DNA from: Felis catus
Taxonomy: Eukaryota
Direction: 5' to 3'
DNA length: 64,000 bases
NCBI RefSeq assembly: GCF_018350175.1
Contig: NC_058373.1
Span: 110,734,001-110,798,000, forward strand
Shown here one piece after another: positions 1-11,718 of the stretch; position 1 is the first letter of the stretch, and each line of letters starts with the position of its first letter. The notes below the pieces were generated by a model. That model was given only the letters and a program-made list of their open reading frames with translations. It did no database searches and was not told the DNA's origin. Made by a program: the position numbers and the translations under genes.

Positions 1-539
1 CAGCACATTGGGGAGGAAAAAGCATCTTTCTGCCACGTCATCACAGAGCAGCTCCTCCCTTTGGTCCAGTGAGTTCCTCAGAAGCAATACTCGGAAAGTA
101 GGGGCAATGTCTGGTGGGAGACTTTGGTGCTTGGCCGTGGGCACTGACCCCTGGTGGCAACATGGTGCCTGGCAGGACACGGTGGTATCTCGGAAACCAT
201 TAGCAATACCCACGAGAGACAGCAAAACAGCACCGGGGGAGATTCATAAACACATGGGAGACCTATCCCCCTTCTCCCAATTCAAACATACTTTTCGTTT
301 TCCTATTAGGGGTAGTGGGAATGGTTAATTGACAGAAGATCTCAGGTCCAGGTCTTGCTTCACCAGAAGAGGCAAGAGCAGTGAGGTCCAACTGATACTC
401 TTGCTGTGTTCTCTCTTGTATTTATGGGTTGGGGTGGCCTGGGAAACTCAGGCACATTTGGGTACCCCCAAAAAGCCAGGCCACCTTGTAGCCAGTGTTT
501 AGCTGCACCACTTGCCCCTGACACCCAGAGATTTAAAAA

Positions 540-1015
540 TAAGTAAGTGTTTGTTATGTCACGTAGGTCGAGTAGTTAGAAGTGGCTTAGTTGAGTGGTT
601 CTGGCTCGGGGATCTCTCAGGATGTGGCAGCGAGCTGTTGGCCAGGGTTATAGGATCTACTTCCTCCCTGAAGCTTGAGGATCCACTTCTAGAAGGGTCA
701 CTCATGTGGCTGGCAAATTATGTTGGCTGTTGGCAGCAGGGGTGGGGTTGGGTGGGATGCGGTTTTCCCACACGGACTTTATTATAGGATTGCTTGAGCA
801 TCCTCACAACATGATAGGTGACCTACCTGACAGCAAGTGATCCAATAGAATCAGGTAGAAGCTGCAGTGTCTTTCAGGATATAGCCTCAATGTTCCCCTC
901 CTTCCTTTCTGCAATACCCTATCATGATATAGCTTGCCCCTACTCAGTGTGGGAGGGGACCCCTCAAGGGCATGGATACCAGCAGGCAGGGCTTCTTGGA
1001 AGCTGGCTACTGCAG
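540..1015 (-). mobile_element. Ancient MaLR LTR (MLT1-type), degraded
   Basis: Motifs such as 'ctcatgtggctggcaa', 'tgcttgagcatcctcacaacatg' and 'aagggcatggataccagcagg' resemble MLT1 LTR consensus; boundaries approximate. Confidence 0.6.
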
Positions 1016-1600
1016 CCTGTCTCAGCATGGGACCATATTCAAAAGGAGCACCAAGTTCACCTCCCAAAGCACTGGGGTCTTCACTGAAGTCTCTAGAAGC
1101 AGCAAGGGAGAAGGAATTACATTGCAGAGTGCCCAGTGGCAGTTCTAAAGTTCCTCTTCAGGCGTCTCTGTCTCCAGAGTCACACTTCATCACAGCAGCT
1201 ACTCTCCAAGATCTCCCTTCTCCCAACTTACTCAAATCTTTGTATCCCTTCTGTCTGCCCCACCCCACCCTGCCTCAGTTGTATAGATCAAGCCAACCTC
1301 TCTCAATTCTTAGGTCTCCCCTCTACCTTGAAGCTCAGGAACCAGGTAGGCAGTCATAGATACTCTTGGGTGGGGCACAGAAGGTGGACAAAGAGGGAAG
1401 GCAGGGAAGAAGGACACGTTAACATTTCAGGTCTATATCACATTGATGCCCTAAGTGCCCAGTACAGTGCCTACAACATGGTAGGTGCTCAATAAATGTT
1501 GGTGAATTAACGGATGGTGGTAATGTGCAAATTCTAAATGAAAATGCTAGTATTTAGTGGTAATATTATAGCAACAAGTTTCCACATAGAACGCAAAAGT

Positions 1601-1813
1601 GGGGCACCTGGGTGGCTCAGTGGGTTAAGCATCAGACTCTTGGTTTCAGCTCGGGTCATGATCTCACGGTTCATGAGTTCAAGCCCTGCACTGGGCTCCA
1701 CACTGACAGCGCAGAGCCTGCTTGAGATTCTCTTCCTCTCTCTCCGCCCCTCCCCTGCTCACTCTCTCTGTCTCTAAATAAATAAATAAATAAATAAACA
1801 AAATGTTTAAAAA
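1601..1813 (+). mobile_element. Can-SINE (SINEC)
   Basis: GGGGCACCTGGGTGGCTCAG head, CT-rich body, (AAAT)n tail; TSD agaac(g/a)caaaagt at 1588-1600 and 1814-1826. Confidence 0.95.
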
Positions 1814-1858
1814 AGAACACAAAAGTGATATGGTACTATCTTGTTTAAAAATGTTCAT

Positions 1859-2064
1859 GGGTGGCTCAGTCGGTTGAGCATCCGACTTCAGCTCAGATCA
1901 TGATCTCGTGGTCCGTGAGTTTGAGCCCCACGTCGGGCTCTGTGCTGATGACTCAGAGCCTGGAGCCTGTTTCAGATTCTGTGTCTCCCTCTCTCTCTGA
2001 CCCTCCCCTGTTCATGCCCTGTCTCTCTCTGTCTCAAAAATAAATAAACTTAAAAAAAAATTTT
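1859..2064 (+). mobile_element. Can-SINE (SINEC_Fc-type), slightly 5'-truncated
   Basis: Starts at gggtggctcagtcgg; flanked by aaaatgttcatg repeats. Confidence 0.95.
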
Positions 2065-2077
2065 AAAATGTTCATGA

Positions 2078-2172
2078 GAGGTATGCCTGGTTGGCTCACT
2101 CAGCAGAGCATGCGACTCTTGATCTCAGGGTTGTAAGTTTGAACACCACATTGGGTGTAGAGATTACTTAAA
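2078..2172 (+). mobile_element. Short (old-type) Can-SINE
   Basis: tRNA-like head followed by 'ttgggtgtagagattactta', no CT tract. Confidence 0.85.
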
Positions 2173-2184
2173 AAGAAAATCTTT

Positions 2185-2409
2185 CTTTTTTTTTTTTAAA
2201 TTTTTTAACGTTTATTTATTTTTGAGACAGAGAGAGACAGAGTATGAACAGGGGAGGGGCAGAGACAGAGGGAGACACAGAATCCGAAATGGGCTCCAGG
2301 CTCTGAGCTGTCAGCACAGAGCCCGACACGGGGCTTGAACTCACGGACCGTGAGATCATGACCTGAGCTGAAGTTGGATGCTCAACCAACTGAGCCACCC
2401 AGGCGCCCC
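2185..2409 (-). mobile_element. Can-SINE (SINEC_Fc-type)
   Basis: Reverse-complement SINE; TSD aagaaa(at/ag)cttt at 2173-2184 and 2410-2421. Confidence 0.95.
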
Positions 2410-3044
2410 AAGAAAAGCTTTAAAAAATGTTCGTGATAAGAACACGTAGCATTGCTTTTCTGTATATGCATTTTTTTGTGTTCTCCTCTGAATACGCTTC
2501 TTGAAAGTAGGATCTGTGTTTTGTTTATCACTGTGTCCCCAAAACGTGGCAGTGCCTGGCTTACATAGGCAAGAGTTTATTAACACTTAGAATGTATGCA
2601 AGACACTTCTCCAAGGCCAATACATATATTAATTCCCTTAATTCTGATAGTGACCTAATGAGGTAGGTTATAGTATTATCATCCCCATTTTTCATATGAG
2701 AAAATGAGGCACAAGGAGGTTACGTAGCTTGCTGGAGGGCACAGATCAAGAGCTAGGGTTTGGACCAGGGCAATCTTGCTCTACGGTCTGTGACCACCCT
2801 CTCTACAACATCTACAGGGTTTGTGGAATTGACTTCAAGTTGAATAAGGAGATCTGCTAGACCTCTCCCAGGGAAAGCCTGTAAATTTATATTAGACACA
2901 TCTAGAAAAACACAGAAATCCTGAAACCACCAGTGTGCTTTAAGGTGGCTCATGGAGAGAAGAGAAGAAGTTGCAATGCTTCTGAAGGTAGTTGTTTTAG
3001 TGAAAGATGAAATACGTCTGAAAAATCAATAAGCACAGGGCAGC

Positions 3045-3290
3045 GAAAACGCTCTGTATGATACTAAAATGATGGATACGTGTCATGATGCACCCAAACC
3101 CATAGAATGTACAGCACCAAGACTGAAACCTCATGTAAACTTTGGGCTTTGGGTGATAGGGTCGTCACTCGTAACAAATGTGTAATTCTGGTGAGGGATG
3201 TGTAATTGATGATGTGGGACGCTGTGCCCGTGTGACGCCAGGGGGTAACTGGAAATCTTTATACTTTCCTCTTAATTTTGTTGTGAATTC
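3045..3290 (+). mobile_element. Ancient L1 3'UTR fragment (L1MC-like)
   Basis: 'acccatagaatgtacagcaccaag...tgtaaactttgggctttgggtgat' resembles L1MC 3' ends. Confidence 0.6.
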
Positions 3291-3306
3291 AAAGTTGTTC
3301 TTAAAA

Positions 3307-4487
3307 TATTTGCAAATGACATATAGGACAAAGGGCTAGTATCCAAGATCTATAAAGAGCTCACCAAACTCCACACCCGAAAAACAAATAACCCAGTGCA
3401 GAAAAGGGCAGAAAACATGAATAGACACTTCTCTAAAGAAGACATCCGGATGGCCAACAGGCACATGAAAAGATGCTCAACGTCGCTCCTCATCAGGGAA
3501 ATACAAATCAAAACCACACCCAGATATCACCTCACGCCAGTCAGAGTGGCCAAATGAACAAATCAGGAGACTATAGATGCTGGAGAGGATGTGGAGAAAC
3601 GGGAACCCTCTTGCACTGTTGGTGGGAATGCAAATTGGTGCAGCCACTCTGGAAAACAGTGTGGAAGTTCCTCAAAAAATTAAAAATAGACCTACCCTAT
3701 GACCCAGCAATAGCACTGCTAGGAATTTATCCAAGGGATACAGGAGTACTGATGCATAGGGCCACTTGTACCCCAATGTTCATAGCAGCACTCTCAACAA
3801 TAGCCAAATTATGGAAAGAGCCTAAATGTCCATCAACGGATGAATGGATAAAGAAATTGTGGTTTATGGGGCGCCTGGGTGGCGCAGTCGGTTAAGCGTC
3901 CGACTTCAGCCAGGTCACGATCTCGCGGTCCGTGAGTTCGAGCCCCGCATCAGGCTCTGGGCTGATGGCTCAGAGCCTGGAGCCTGTTTCCGATTCTGTG
4001 TCTCCCTCTCTCTCTGCCCCTCGCCCGTTCATGCTCTGTCTCTGTCCCAAAAATAAATAAACGTTGAAAAAAAAAATTAAAAAAAAAAAAAGAAATTGTG
4101 GTTTATATACACAATGGAGTACTACGTGGCAATGAGAAAGAATGAAATATGGCCCTTTGTAGCAACGTGGATGGAACTGGAGAGTGTGATGCTAAGTGAA
4201 ATAAGCCATACAGAGAAAGACAGATACCATATGTTTTCACTCTTATGTGGATCCTGAGAAACTTAACAGAAACCCATGGGGGAGGGGAAGGAAAAAAAAA
4301 AAAGAGGTTAGAGTGGGAGAGAGCCAAAGCATAAGAGACTGTTAAAAACTGAGAACAAACTGAGGGTTGATGGGGGGTGGGAGGGAGGGGAGGGTGGGTG
4401 ATGGGTATTGAGGAGGGCACCTTTTGGGATGAGCACTGGGTGTTGTATGGAAACCAATTTGACAATAAACTTCATATATTGAAAAAA
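3307..4487 (+). mobile_element. 5'-truncated felid-type LINE-1 (ORF2 C-terminus + 3'UTR + polyA), interrupted by a SINE
   Basis: ORF2 Cys-rich motif [27 protein letters not shown]...DEWIKKLWF; frame resumes after the SINE (IYTMEYY...MFSLLCGS*); G-rich 3'UTR, AATAAA, polyA; TSD aaagttg(t/c)tcttaaaa at 3291-3306 and 4488-4503. Confidence 0.95.
3868..4088 (+). mobile_element. Young CpG-rich Can-SINE inserted in L1 ORF2
   Basis: Perfect 18-bp TSD aaagaaattgtggtttat at 3850-3867 and 4089-4106; many intact CpGs; long A tail. Confidence 0.97.
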
Positions 4488-4513
4488 AAAGTTGCTCTTA
4501 AAAAGAAAGTTCA

Positions 4514-4720
4514 GGGGTGCCTGGGTGGCTCAGTCAGTTAAACCTCCAGCTCTTGATTTCGGCTGAGGTTATAATCTCAAGATTCGTGGGTTCGAGCCCC
4601 ACGATGGGCTCTGTGGTGACAGCATGGAGCCTGCTTGGGATTCTCTCTCCTGTCTCTGCCCTCCCCTGCTTATGCTCTGTCTCCAAATAAATAAACTCAG
4701 ACAAAAAAAAGTTAAAAAAA
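4514..4720 (+). mobile_element. Can-SINE
   Basis: SINE head, body and A-rich tail. Confidence 0.9.
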
Positions 4721-5774
4721 ATATCAGCAGGCAAAAGAAATCAATAGCCATGAAATCAATAATCCAGTTTCACCACCACCCCTTTCCCCCTGCTGTGGAC
4801 AGAGCGGGGTGAATATCTGGCTGATGCTGGGTCCATCGCAAGGTATTGTTCTGGTCATCACAAAGCTCTGGTGTGTTGGATTCATGTTCAGTTTCATCTG
4901 GAAATTACTGTTTGAGTGAAAAAAATTTTTAAATCACCATGGAAACCAGGAAGCAACACTCCTATTGAGGAACCAACAAATGGAAAGTTTTATAAAATAA
5001 GTAACACGGCTTGTGCTTCAGTGCTGGGATTTGCAGCGTCTCCCCCATGGTACCCAGTTAATGTCCACTTTGTTTAGTATCACATAAGAGTAATTTTAGC
5101 CTTCAGAATTTTGAAACTGCATAATTATTGGGGAAGTTTAAGAAGAATGAGAACACGATAATTTCCCATGTAAGTAAGGAATTTGCAGAGCTGAAGCAAA
5201 GGAAAGCAGGGTTCTGGAAGTAAGAGGCGGGGTAGCACCAGGGAGGATCTGGGCTGGCATCGGGAAACATGGCTTTGAATTTCAGTTCTGCTATTTACAC
5301 ACTTGGCCTTTCCCCAGAGCACTGAACCTCTCTGAGTGTTGCTTTCCTCCTCTGGAAGTTGAGAGGGTTGTCCTAGATGGTCCTTAAGGAACCACCCAGC
5401 CCTAGGTCTGAAGCCAGGGGAAATGTGGTGTGGCTAAGGCAATGGGGCCAACTTCCATACAGTTCATGTACATGGTGAAACCCACGTTTCTGCCCACGTG
5501 GGGCAGCCGAATCATCTGCAAAGGAAACAGCTTGGAACGTGGCAGCGCATCCCAGGAAGGGAGAAGACTTGAGCGTGTGCTTGAGGGGGCAGATTCCGCC
5601 ATGCCCAAGCCCCAACCAGTCTTCCCTTCACCCTGGTTCTTTGAACTCTTTCTCCCTCTTTATTATATGTATTTTTTTTTTCTGAACATCTCAAATCCTT
5701 TTACGGAACAGAATGGGAGCAGAAACAGATTCATTAAAAACAATCTTCAAAAATGAGTTGCTTCAAACTATCAC

Positions 5775-6556
5775 GGCAGTATCACATGACCCGGCAATGG
5801 CACCTCTGGGGATCTATCCGGAAGAGCTGAAAGCAGAGACTTGAACAGATAACCTGCACACCCATGCTCACAGCTGTATTATTCACAATAGCCAAAAGGT
5901 GCAAACAACCCAAATGATGCCCGTCAACAGATGAATGGACAACAAAGTATATATAATGGAATAGTATTCAGCCACAAAAGAATGAGATTTTGATACGTGC
6001 TGAGACTTGTATAGACCTTGAAACCGTGATGTCAGAGGAACTAAGCCAGACAAGGAAGGGCAAATAGTGTCTGATTCCACTTATGTGAGATACTGAGAAT
6101 AGGCCAATTCGTAGAGACAAAAAGTGGAGGGGAGGTTTCCAGGGGCTGACGGGCAAGGAGAAGGGGGAGTTATTGGTTAGCAGGAGTAGAGTTTCTATGG
6201 AAAATGATGAAGACATTTTGGGTATAGATAGCACTGGGGTGGGGGGGGGGGAGTATTTAGTGCCACTGAACATACATTCATCTGTGGTTAAAATGATAAA
6301 TATTACGGGGCACCTGGGTGGCTCAGTCAGTTAAGCATCTGACTCTTGATTTCAGCTCAGGTGATGCTCTCACATTCGTGAGGTCGAGCCCCATGTCAGG
6401 CTCTGTGCTGACAGTGCGGATGGAACCTAGTTGGGAATTGTCTCTCGCACACTCTCTCTCCGCCTCTACCCTGCTCGCATTCTTTTTCTGTCTCAAAATA
6501 AATAAATAAACTAAAAAAATGATAGATATTGTGTTATGTATGTACAACCACAATAA
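5775..6556 (+). mobile_element. Ancient L1 3' end (L1MB-like), interrupted by a Can-SINE at 6307-6515
   Basis: L1 motifs 'tattattcacaatagccaaaaggtgcaaacaacccaaatg' and 'tctgattccacttatgtgag'; SINE TSD aaaatgata(a/g)atatt. Confidence 0.8.
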
Positions 6557-6564
6557 GAACTTTA

Positions 6565-6894
6565 TTTTTTTGTTTCTTTTTTAATGTTTTACAGTAGGCT
6601 CCATGCCCAACCTGGTGCTCGGATTGACGACCCTGAGATCAAGAGTCACATGCTCTATTGACTGAGCCAGCCAGGTGCCCCAATAAAAACATTTTTTAAA
6701 TGTCTGTTTATTTATTTTTGTGAGAGAGTGCGAGTCAGGGAGGGGCAGAGAGAGAGAGAGAGAGACAGAGAATCCGAAGCAGGCTCTGCACTGTCAGCAC
6801 AGAGCCTGATGTGGGGTTCGAACTCACAAACCACGAGACCGTGACCTGAGCCAAAGTCAGGCACTCAACTGACTGAGCCACCCAGGCACTCCCC
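6565..6894 (-). mobile_element. Two tandem minus-strand Can-SINEs (short type ~6565-6680; long type ~6697-6894)
   Basis: Two reverse SINE heads; repeated ataaaaacatttttt flanks. Confidence 0.9.
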
Positions 6895-7419
6895 GATAAA
6901 AACATTTTTTTAAGGAAATAGTTGCTTTTTGTGCTTCTGTTAAAAATTTTATTTTTTGCATATAAATGGTCTCTCCCTAAAGTGAGAAAACGAAAAGAAA
7001 GGCAGCTGCTTAAAAATGAAATCTGACTGGAAATCGTAATACCTGAAACGTGTGTGTGCCACTGTTTGTGTGGGTTTGGGAAGATGTAAGGACGTGGATT
7101 TTAGAAAGGGGCAGAGAAAGTCAGAAAGACAAAGGGAAAACCAAAGACCTAGTGGAGGGAGCAACTTTCTCACCCAGCAGGTCACGGTCTCCAGACTCCT
7201 CAGATTACACAACACCCAGTTTGCTCCTGACTCAGCAGCTGTGTCTCTAATCCTTCCCCCGGAGAAGCTTGGTCCATATTCTTCCAGAGTTTTTCTGCTC
7301 CTCTCATCCATGATAGCTCTTCAAATAGGTATATTTCTTCCCCAGATACTAGACTCTGAAGAGAATTGGTAGTGACTTCGTGTCTCTGCTTAGCATCACC
7401 GTTGCTCAAGCAGGGGTTT

Positions 7420-7583
7420 AAGCAGGGGAGGGGCAGAAAGAGAGGGAGACAGAGAAGCCAAAACAGGCTCCAGGCTCTGAGCTGTCATCACAGAGCCCGA
7501 TGCGGGGCTTGAACTCATGAGCTGTGGGATCGTGACCTGAGATGAAGTCGGACACTCAACCGACCGAGCCACTCAGGCGCCCC
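7420..7583 (-). mobile_element. Can-SINE lacking 3' end and tail
   Basis: Head intact at 7583; similarity ends at 7420 with no polyA. Confidence 0.9.
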
Positions 7584-8489
7584 TGAATAGCAGTGACTCC
7601 TTAAATGTGCCCAGTGCCTGACAGCTTAGAGAACACTCTGGTAGGCTGTGCCCCCTGAATGTCAGCTCTGTGGGGTCTGTTTTGTCCTCTGCTGAATTCC
7701 CAGCCCAGGAGTAGTCGTGCCACACAGGAGGCACACGATCAGTATTGCCTGAATCCATGACTTGGGGTTGTCGCATTTAGTCCTCAGGACAAGGCTGTGA
7801 GGTACTTTTTCTCCTCATCTTACAGATGAGAAAACTGAGTCTCAGCAAGCCTGAGGAATTTACCCAAAGATCTGGGATTCTTCGCACGGGTTATTTGGCT
7901 ACAAGTCCACCGACGAACAGGTACCTCAAAATAAATTGTACTTTTATTTTTTTCCCATTGTTTCATTTTCATTCAAGTGGGTTTTTATTTAAGATATAGA
8001 AGTCATAAGTTTTATATCCTCAGGCTTGATGTGTATTAGTTTTTAGCTTACTTTTTAAACAGCCATGCAGGTATATGAAATACTTTGAGCCTTTGGGACG
8101 ATGCTATTGTCTCCTGTTGTTCCCCTGTGCTTCTGCCCATTTTTTCCTCGCCTCATGTTTTCCTTCCCTCTCCTTTTGTCCTCATCTGGCACGCAGCTCT
8201 CTGCTCTTCTAGGGACTTGAGAAAGCCCCTGTGGGGCCTCACCCTCCTCTCCAAATGGCCGTGAAATAATTCCTTCCAACCGCTCAAGTCTGCTCTCTAG
8301 GAGGAGTTCTGACAAACGCAACCTCTTCCGTCCCAACACCTTCCAGCAATATTGTTGTTCCCTTTCTAGAATGGCTGGCCCACTGGTCAAAATGGGATTT
8401 GTTGAGCTGAGAGGAGTTCCAGGCTCTTATGGTCTTTCTTCCCAGTATATGACTCCAACTCCAGGGCTAAAAGTCCCTCTCTGCTTATT

Positions 8490-8910
8490 AGTAATGGGAC
8501 AAATTGATGTCGTATGCCTCCTAATAGGATGCCCTGAAAAGAGCACAGTACTATTTTTTGTGGGATTCCTGCCCCCAAACATGTAAACCTCGAGGAAGCA
8601 TCAGACAAACTCAAACTGAGGGGTATGGCCTGTGCTCTTCAAAAATGTCAAGCTCTAGAAAGATGAGGAAGGTCTAAGGGACTGTTCTAGATTGGAATAG
8701 ACGAAAGGAACATGACCACTGAATGCAACTGGGATCCCAGTTTGGATGCTGGACCCAGACGTGACATAATTAGGATAACCGGCAAAATTTGAATGGGGTC
8801 TGTGGGTTAGATGGTATTACTGAATCAGTGTCAATGTCCTGATGTCACGGATGCACAGCACTTACGTAGGAGTCTGTCTTGGATGTGGGGAACACGCCCT
8901 CAGGTATTCA
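8490..8910 (+). mobile_element. Ancient L1 3'UTR fragment (L1MC/L1ME-like)
   Basis: 'gaggaagcatcagacaaactcaaactgaggg' and 'ggcaaaatttgaatggggtctgtgggttag' resemble old L1 3' ends. Confidence 0.6.
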
Positions 8911-9080
8911 GTGGGGGGAACAGTCCCTCTGCCTTTGAATGCAGGATAATAGCAAAGTGGGTAAGAGGACAGGCTTTGAAATACAATCCATCTGACTCAC
9001 ATTGCAGGCTGGGTCTGTGCCCCCACCTGCCAAGTGCAGCAAATACTGTACCTACTTCACAGAGTATTTTAAGAATTTGA

Positions 9081-9284
9081 GGGGCGCCTGGGTGGCGCGG
9101 TCGGTTAAGCGTCCGACTTCAGCTCAGGTCACGATCTCGCGGTCCGTGAGTTCGAGCCCCGCGTCAGGCTCTGGGCTGACAGCTCAGAGCCTGGAGCCTG
9201 TTTCCGATTCTGTGTCTCCCTCTCTCTCTGCCCCTCCCCCCTTCATGCTCTGTCTCTCTCTGTCTCAAAAATAAATAAACGTTA
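9081..9284 (+). mobile_element. Young CpG-rich Can-SINE inserted in a MIR remnant
   Basis: TSD aagaatttga at 9071-9080 and 9285-9294; CpGs intact. Confidence 0.95.
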
Positions 9285-10118
9285 AAGAATTTGATGCGAT
9301 CATGTGCGTAAAGAGTGTAGCCTCGTGCCTGGCATACAGCGAGCCCTCCATCAACTCTAGCTATCTTTATTGCCTGCACGCGTTTCAAGGGGATGAACAA
9401 CTTCAATCGTAGTGAACGCTGGCTTTCCAGCTTTGTGGTTGGGCCCCCTCCCTGCTTCCCTCCTGGCTGCTCTGCTTTGAGAACATGCCACCGTCACCAT
9501 GGGCATTATTGTTGTCTTTGGGCCCAGCCACTGGTCAGAAGTATTTTCTTTGGCCTAAATGCAGATTCCCAAGCTAAGTGCTGAGGTCTGAAGGAAAGCT
9601 CCGGCCCCGAGCCCTTGCTTCACAATCTGGGCTTCCCGTTCTTGCAGCGGCATGCTGGGGCCAGCTTCTATCTCTTCCTGAACAGCCAGGGGCTTGACTG
9701 AATTTCCTCTGGACCTCCAGAGGGCATGACTCTGGATCCGGAGGTGATCCATCTAAATGTCCTTGTTTCGGAAGACCTGGAGAGCAGCTAGTTGGCCATC
9801 AGTTTCCCTTGAATGTGGGCAGGCTCGGATTAGAGGTGCACAGGGTGGCCAGACCCCTGATGGTCTGGGTGTCTACTAGCTGAGACAGGAAGTAGCATCT
9901 TTCCAGGCCAGATATCGGAGGGTGTGATTTGGGCCCTGCTCTGCCTTATCACCTAAAGCACCTGTTCAGGAAATCACCAAGGGCAGGTGTGTCCCCAGAG
10001 TAGGTAGGGTGTGCTCAATTTTCATAGGTTTGACAGCAAAGGCTTCATTATCATTTTAATCTTCACCCTCTTTAGGGACCCTGCCTTTCAAGTATCAAAT
10101 CACTTCAAGAAAAAATTT

Positions 10119-10305
10119 GGGGGGACACCTGGGTGGCTCAGTTGGTTAAGCAACCGACTCTTGGCTTTGGCTCAGGTCATGATCTCGTGGTTTGTGAGAT
10201 GAGCCCCGAGTCTGGCTCTGAGCTGAGCACCACGCCTGCTTCAGATTCTCTCTCTGCCCGCCCTGCTCACTCTCTCTCAAAATAAATAAATAAACTTAAA
10301 AAAAT
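10119..10305 (+). mobile_element. Can-SINE
   Basis: Head, body and A tail. Confidence 0.9.
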
Positions 10306-10319
10306 CTTTTGCACTAAGT

Positions 10320-11268
10320 CTTGAAGCAAAATTACTTCATCATTTATTATCTCAAGATTTCTACTGATTAGCAATTCAGACCAAAGACAGTGATGACCAA
10401 TACAGCTATTCTCTGCTCTATGATGTCCAGGGCTTCAGATTATGGTTGTTGATGAAGGCTGGGGACTGGAGTCATTCAGAGGGTCCTTTACTTGCATGTC
10501 CGCTGATTGAGGCTCGTTGCCAGCTAGGGGCCTTTGGGCAGGAACATCCATATATGGCTTCTCCATGTGGCCCGGGCTTCCTCACAACATGGTGGCTTTT
10601 TTTCCAAGCCAAGTGCCCAGAGGAAAAGACAGAGAGAGGTGAAGTCTGTGTTGCCTTTTATGACCTAGTGTATTAGAGTTCTTGAGAGAAATAGAACCAA
10701 TAAGAACCAAATCTGTAATTCCAAAATGCAAGTTCAAAATCCGCAAAGTGGCCAGCAGGCCGGAGACCCAAAGAGCCAATGCTGTAGTTCAAGCCCAAAG
10801 GCCACTGGTTGCAGAATTCCCCCTTGCCTGGGGGACATCGGTAGTTTGTTCTATTTGAGTCTTCAACTGATTGGATGAGGCTCACCTACTTTATGGAGAG
10901 AAATCTGCTTTGCTCAAAGTCTATGGTCTTGAATGTTAATCTCATCCCAAAACCTCATCACAGAAACATCAAGAATAATGCTTGACCAAATATCTGGGCA
11001 CTGTGATCCAGCCAGGTTGACACACAAAATTAGCCATCCCACCTAGTTCCAAAAGTCACACAGCATTACTTCTACCACAGTCTATTGAGCAAGGCAGTTA
11101 CAAAGGTCCACCCAAGTACAACAGGAAGGAACATAACATTCCACCCCCTCAGCTGCGGCCCCCTGACCCTGCTCCAAGCTCAACAGAGGAATATCAGGGT
11201 CATGTTATAAGAAGAGCATGTGGAATGGGGTATATATTGGTGCGGCATCTGGAAAATACAAATGTCAT
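10320..11268 (-). mobile_element. Ancient MLT1-type MaLR LTR, split by a nested LTR
   Basis: 'gggcttcctcacaacatggtggct...gccttttatgacctag' continues after the insert as 'cctag...aagtcacacagcattacttc'. Confidence 0.7.
10669..11041 (-). mobile_element. Solo ERVL LTR (MLT2-type)
   Basis: TG...CA termini; perfect 5-bp TSD CCTAG at 10664-10668 and 11042-11046; MLT2-like motifs 'ttcaactgattggatgaggc' and 'gttgacacacaaaattagccatc'. Confidence 0.85.
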
Positions 11269-11304
11269 CAACATCTAACTGTAATATAAGAGAAAAGGAA
11301 ACCA

Positions 11305-11477
11305 GGGGTGCCTGGGTGGCTCAGTCGGTTAAGCGTCTGACTTCAGCTCAGGTCATGATCTCGCGGTTCATGGGTTCAAGCCTGCTTCGGATTCTGTGTC
11401 TCCCTCTCTCTCTGCCCCTCCCCCACTTGTGCTTTGTCTCTCTCAAAAATAAACATTTAAAAATTTTTTAAAAAGAC
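11305..11477 (+). mobile_element. Can-SINE with ~40-bp internal deletion
   Basis: TSD agaaaaggaaacca at 11291-11304 and 11478-11491. Confidence 0.93.
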
Positions 11478-11508
11478 AGAAAAGGAAACCAACTTAAAAT
11501 ATGTCTTT

Positions 11509-11718
11509 CAATTAAAAAAAAATTTTTTTTTTTTACTTGAGAGAGAGAGAGAGAGAGAGAATGAGCAGGGGAGGGGCAGAGAGGGAGACAGAATCCACAG
11601 CAGGCTCCAGGCTCTGAGCTGTCATCACAGAGCCCGATGCGGGGCTCGAACTCATGAGCTGTGAGATCATGACCTGAGCCGAAGTCGGACGCTTAACCGG
11701 CTGAGCCACCCAGGTGCC
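11509..11718 (-). mobile_element. Can-SINE
   Basis: TSD cttaaaatatgtcttt at 11493-11508 and 11719-11734. Confidence 0.95.

Noticed and set aside
3473..3895. 140-aa ORF with a Cys/His motif
   Set aside because: Frameshifted, SINE-interrupted L1 ORF2 C-terminus; not a host gene
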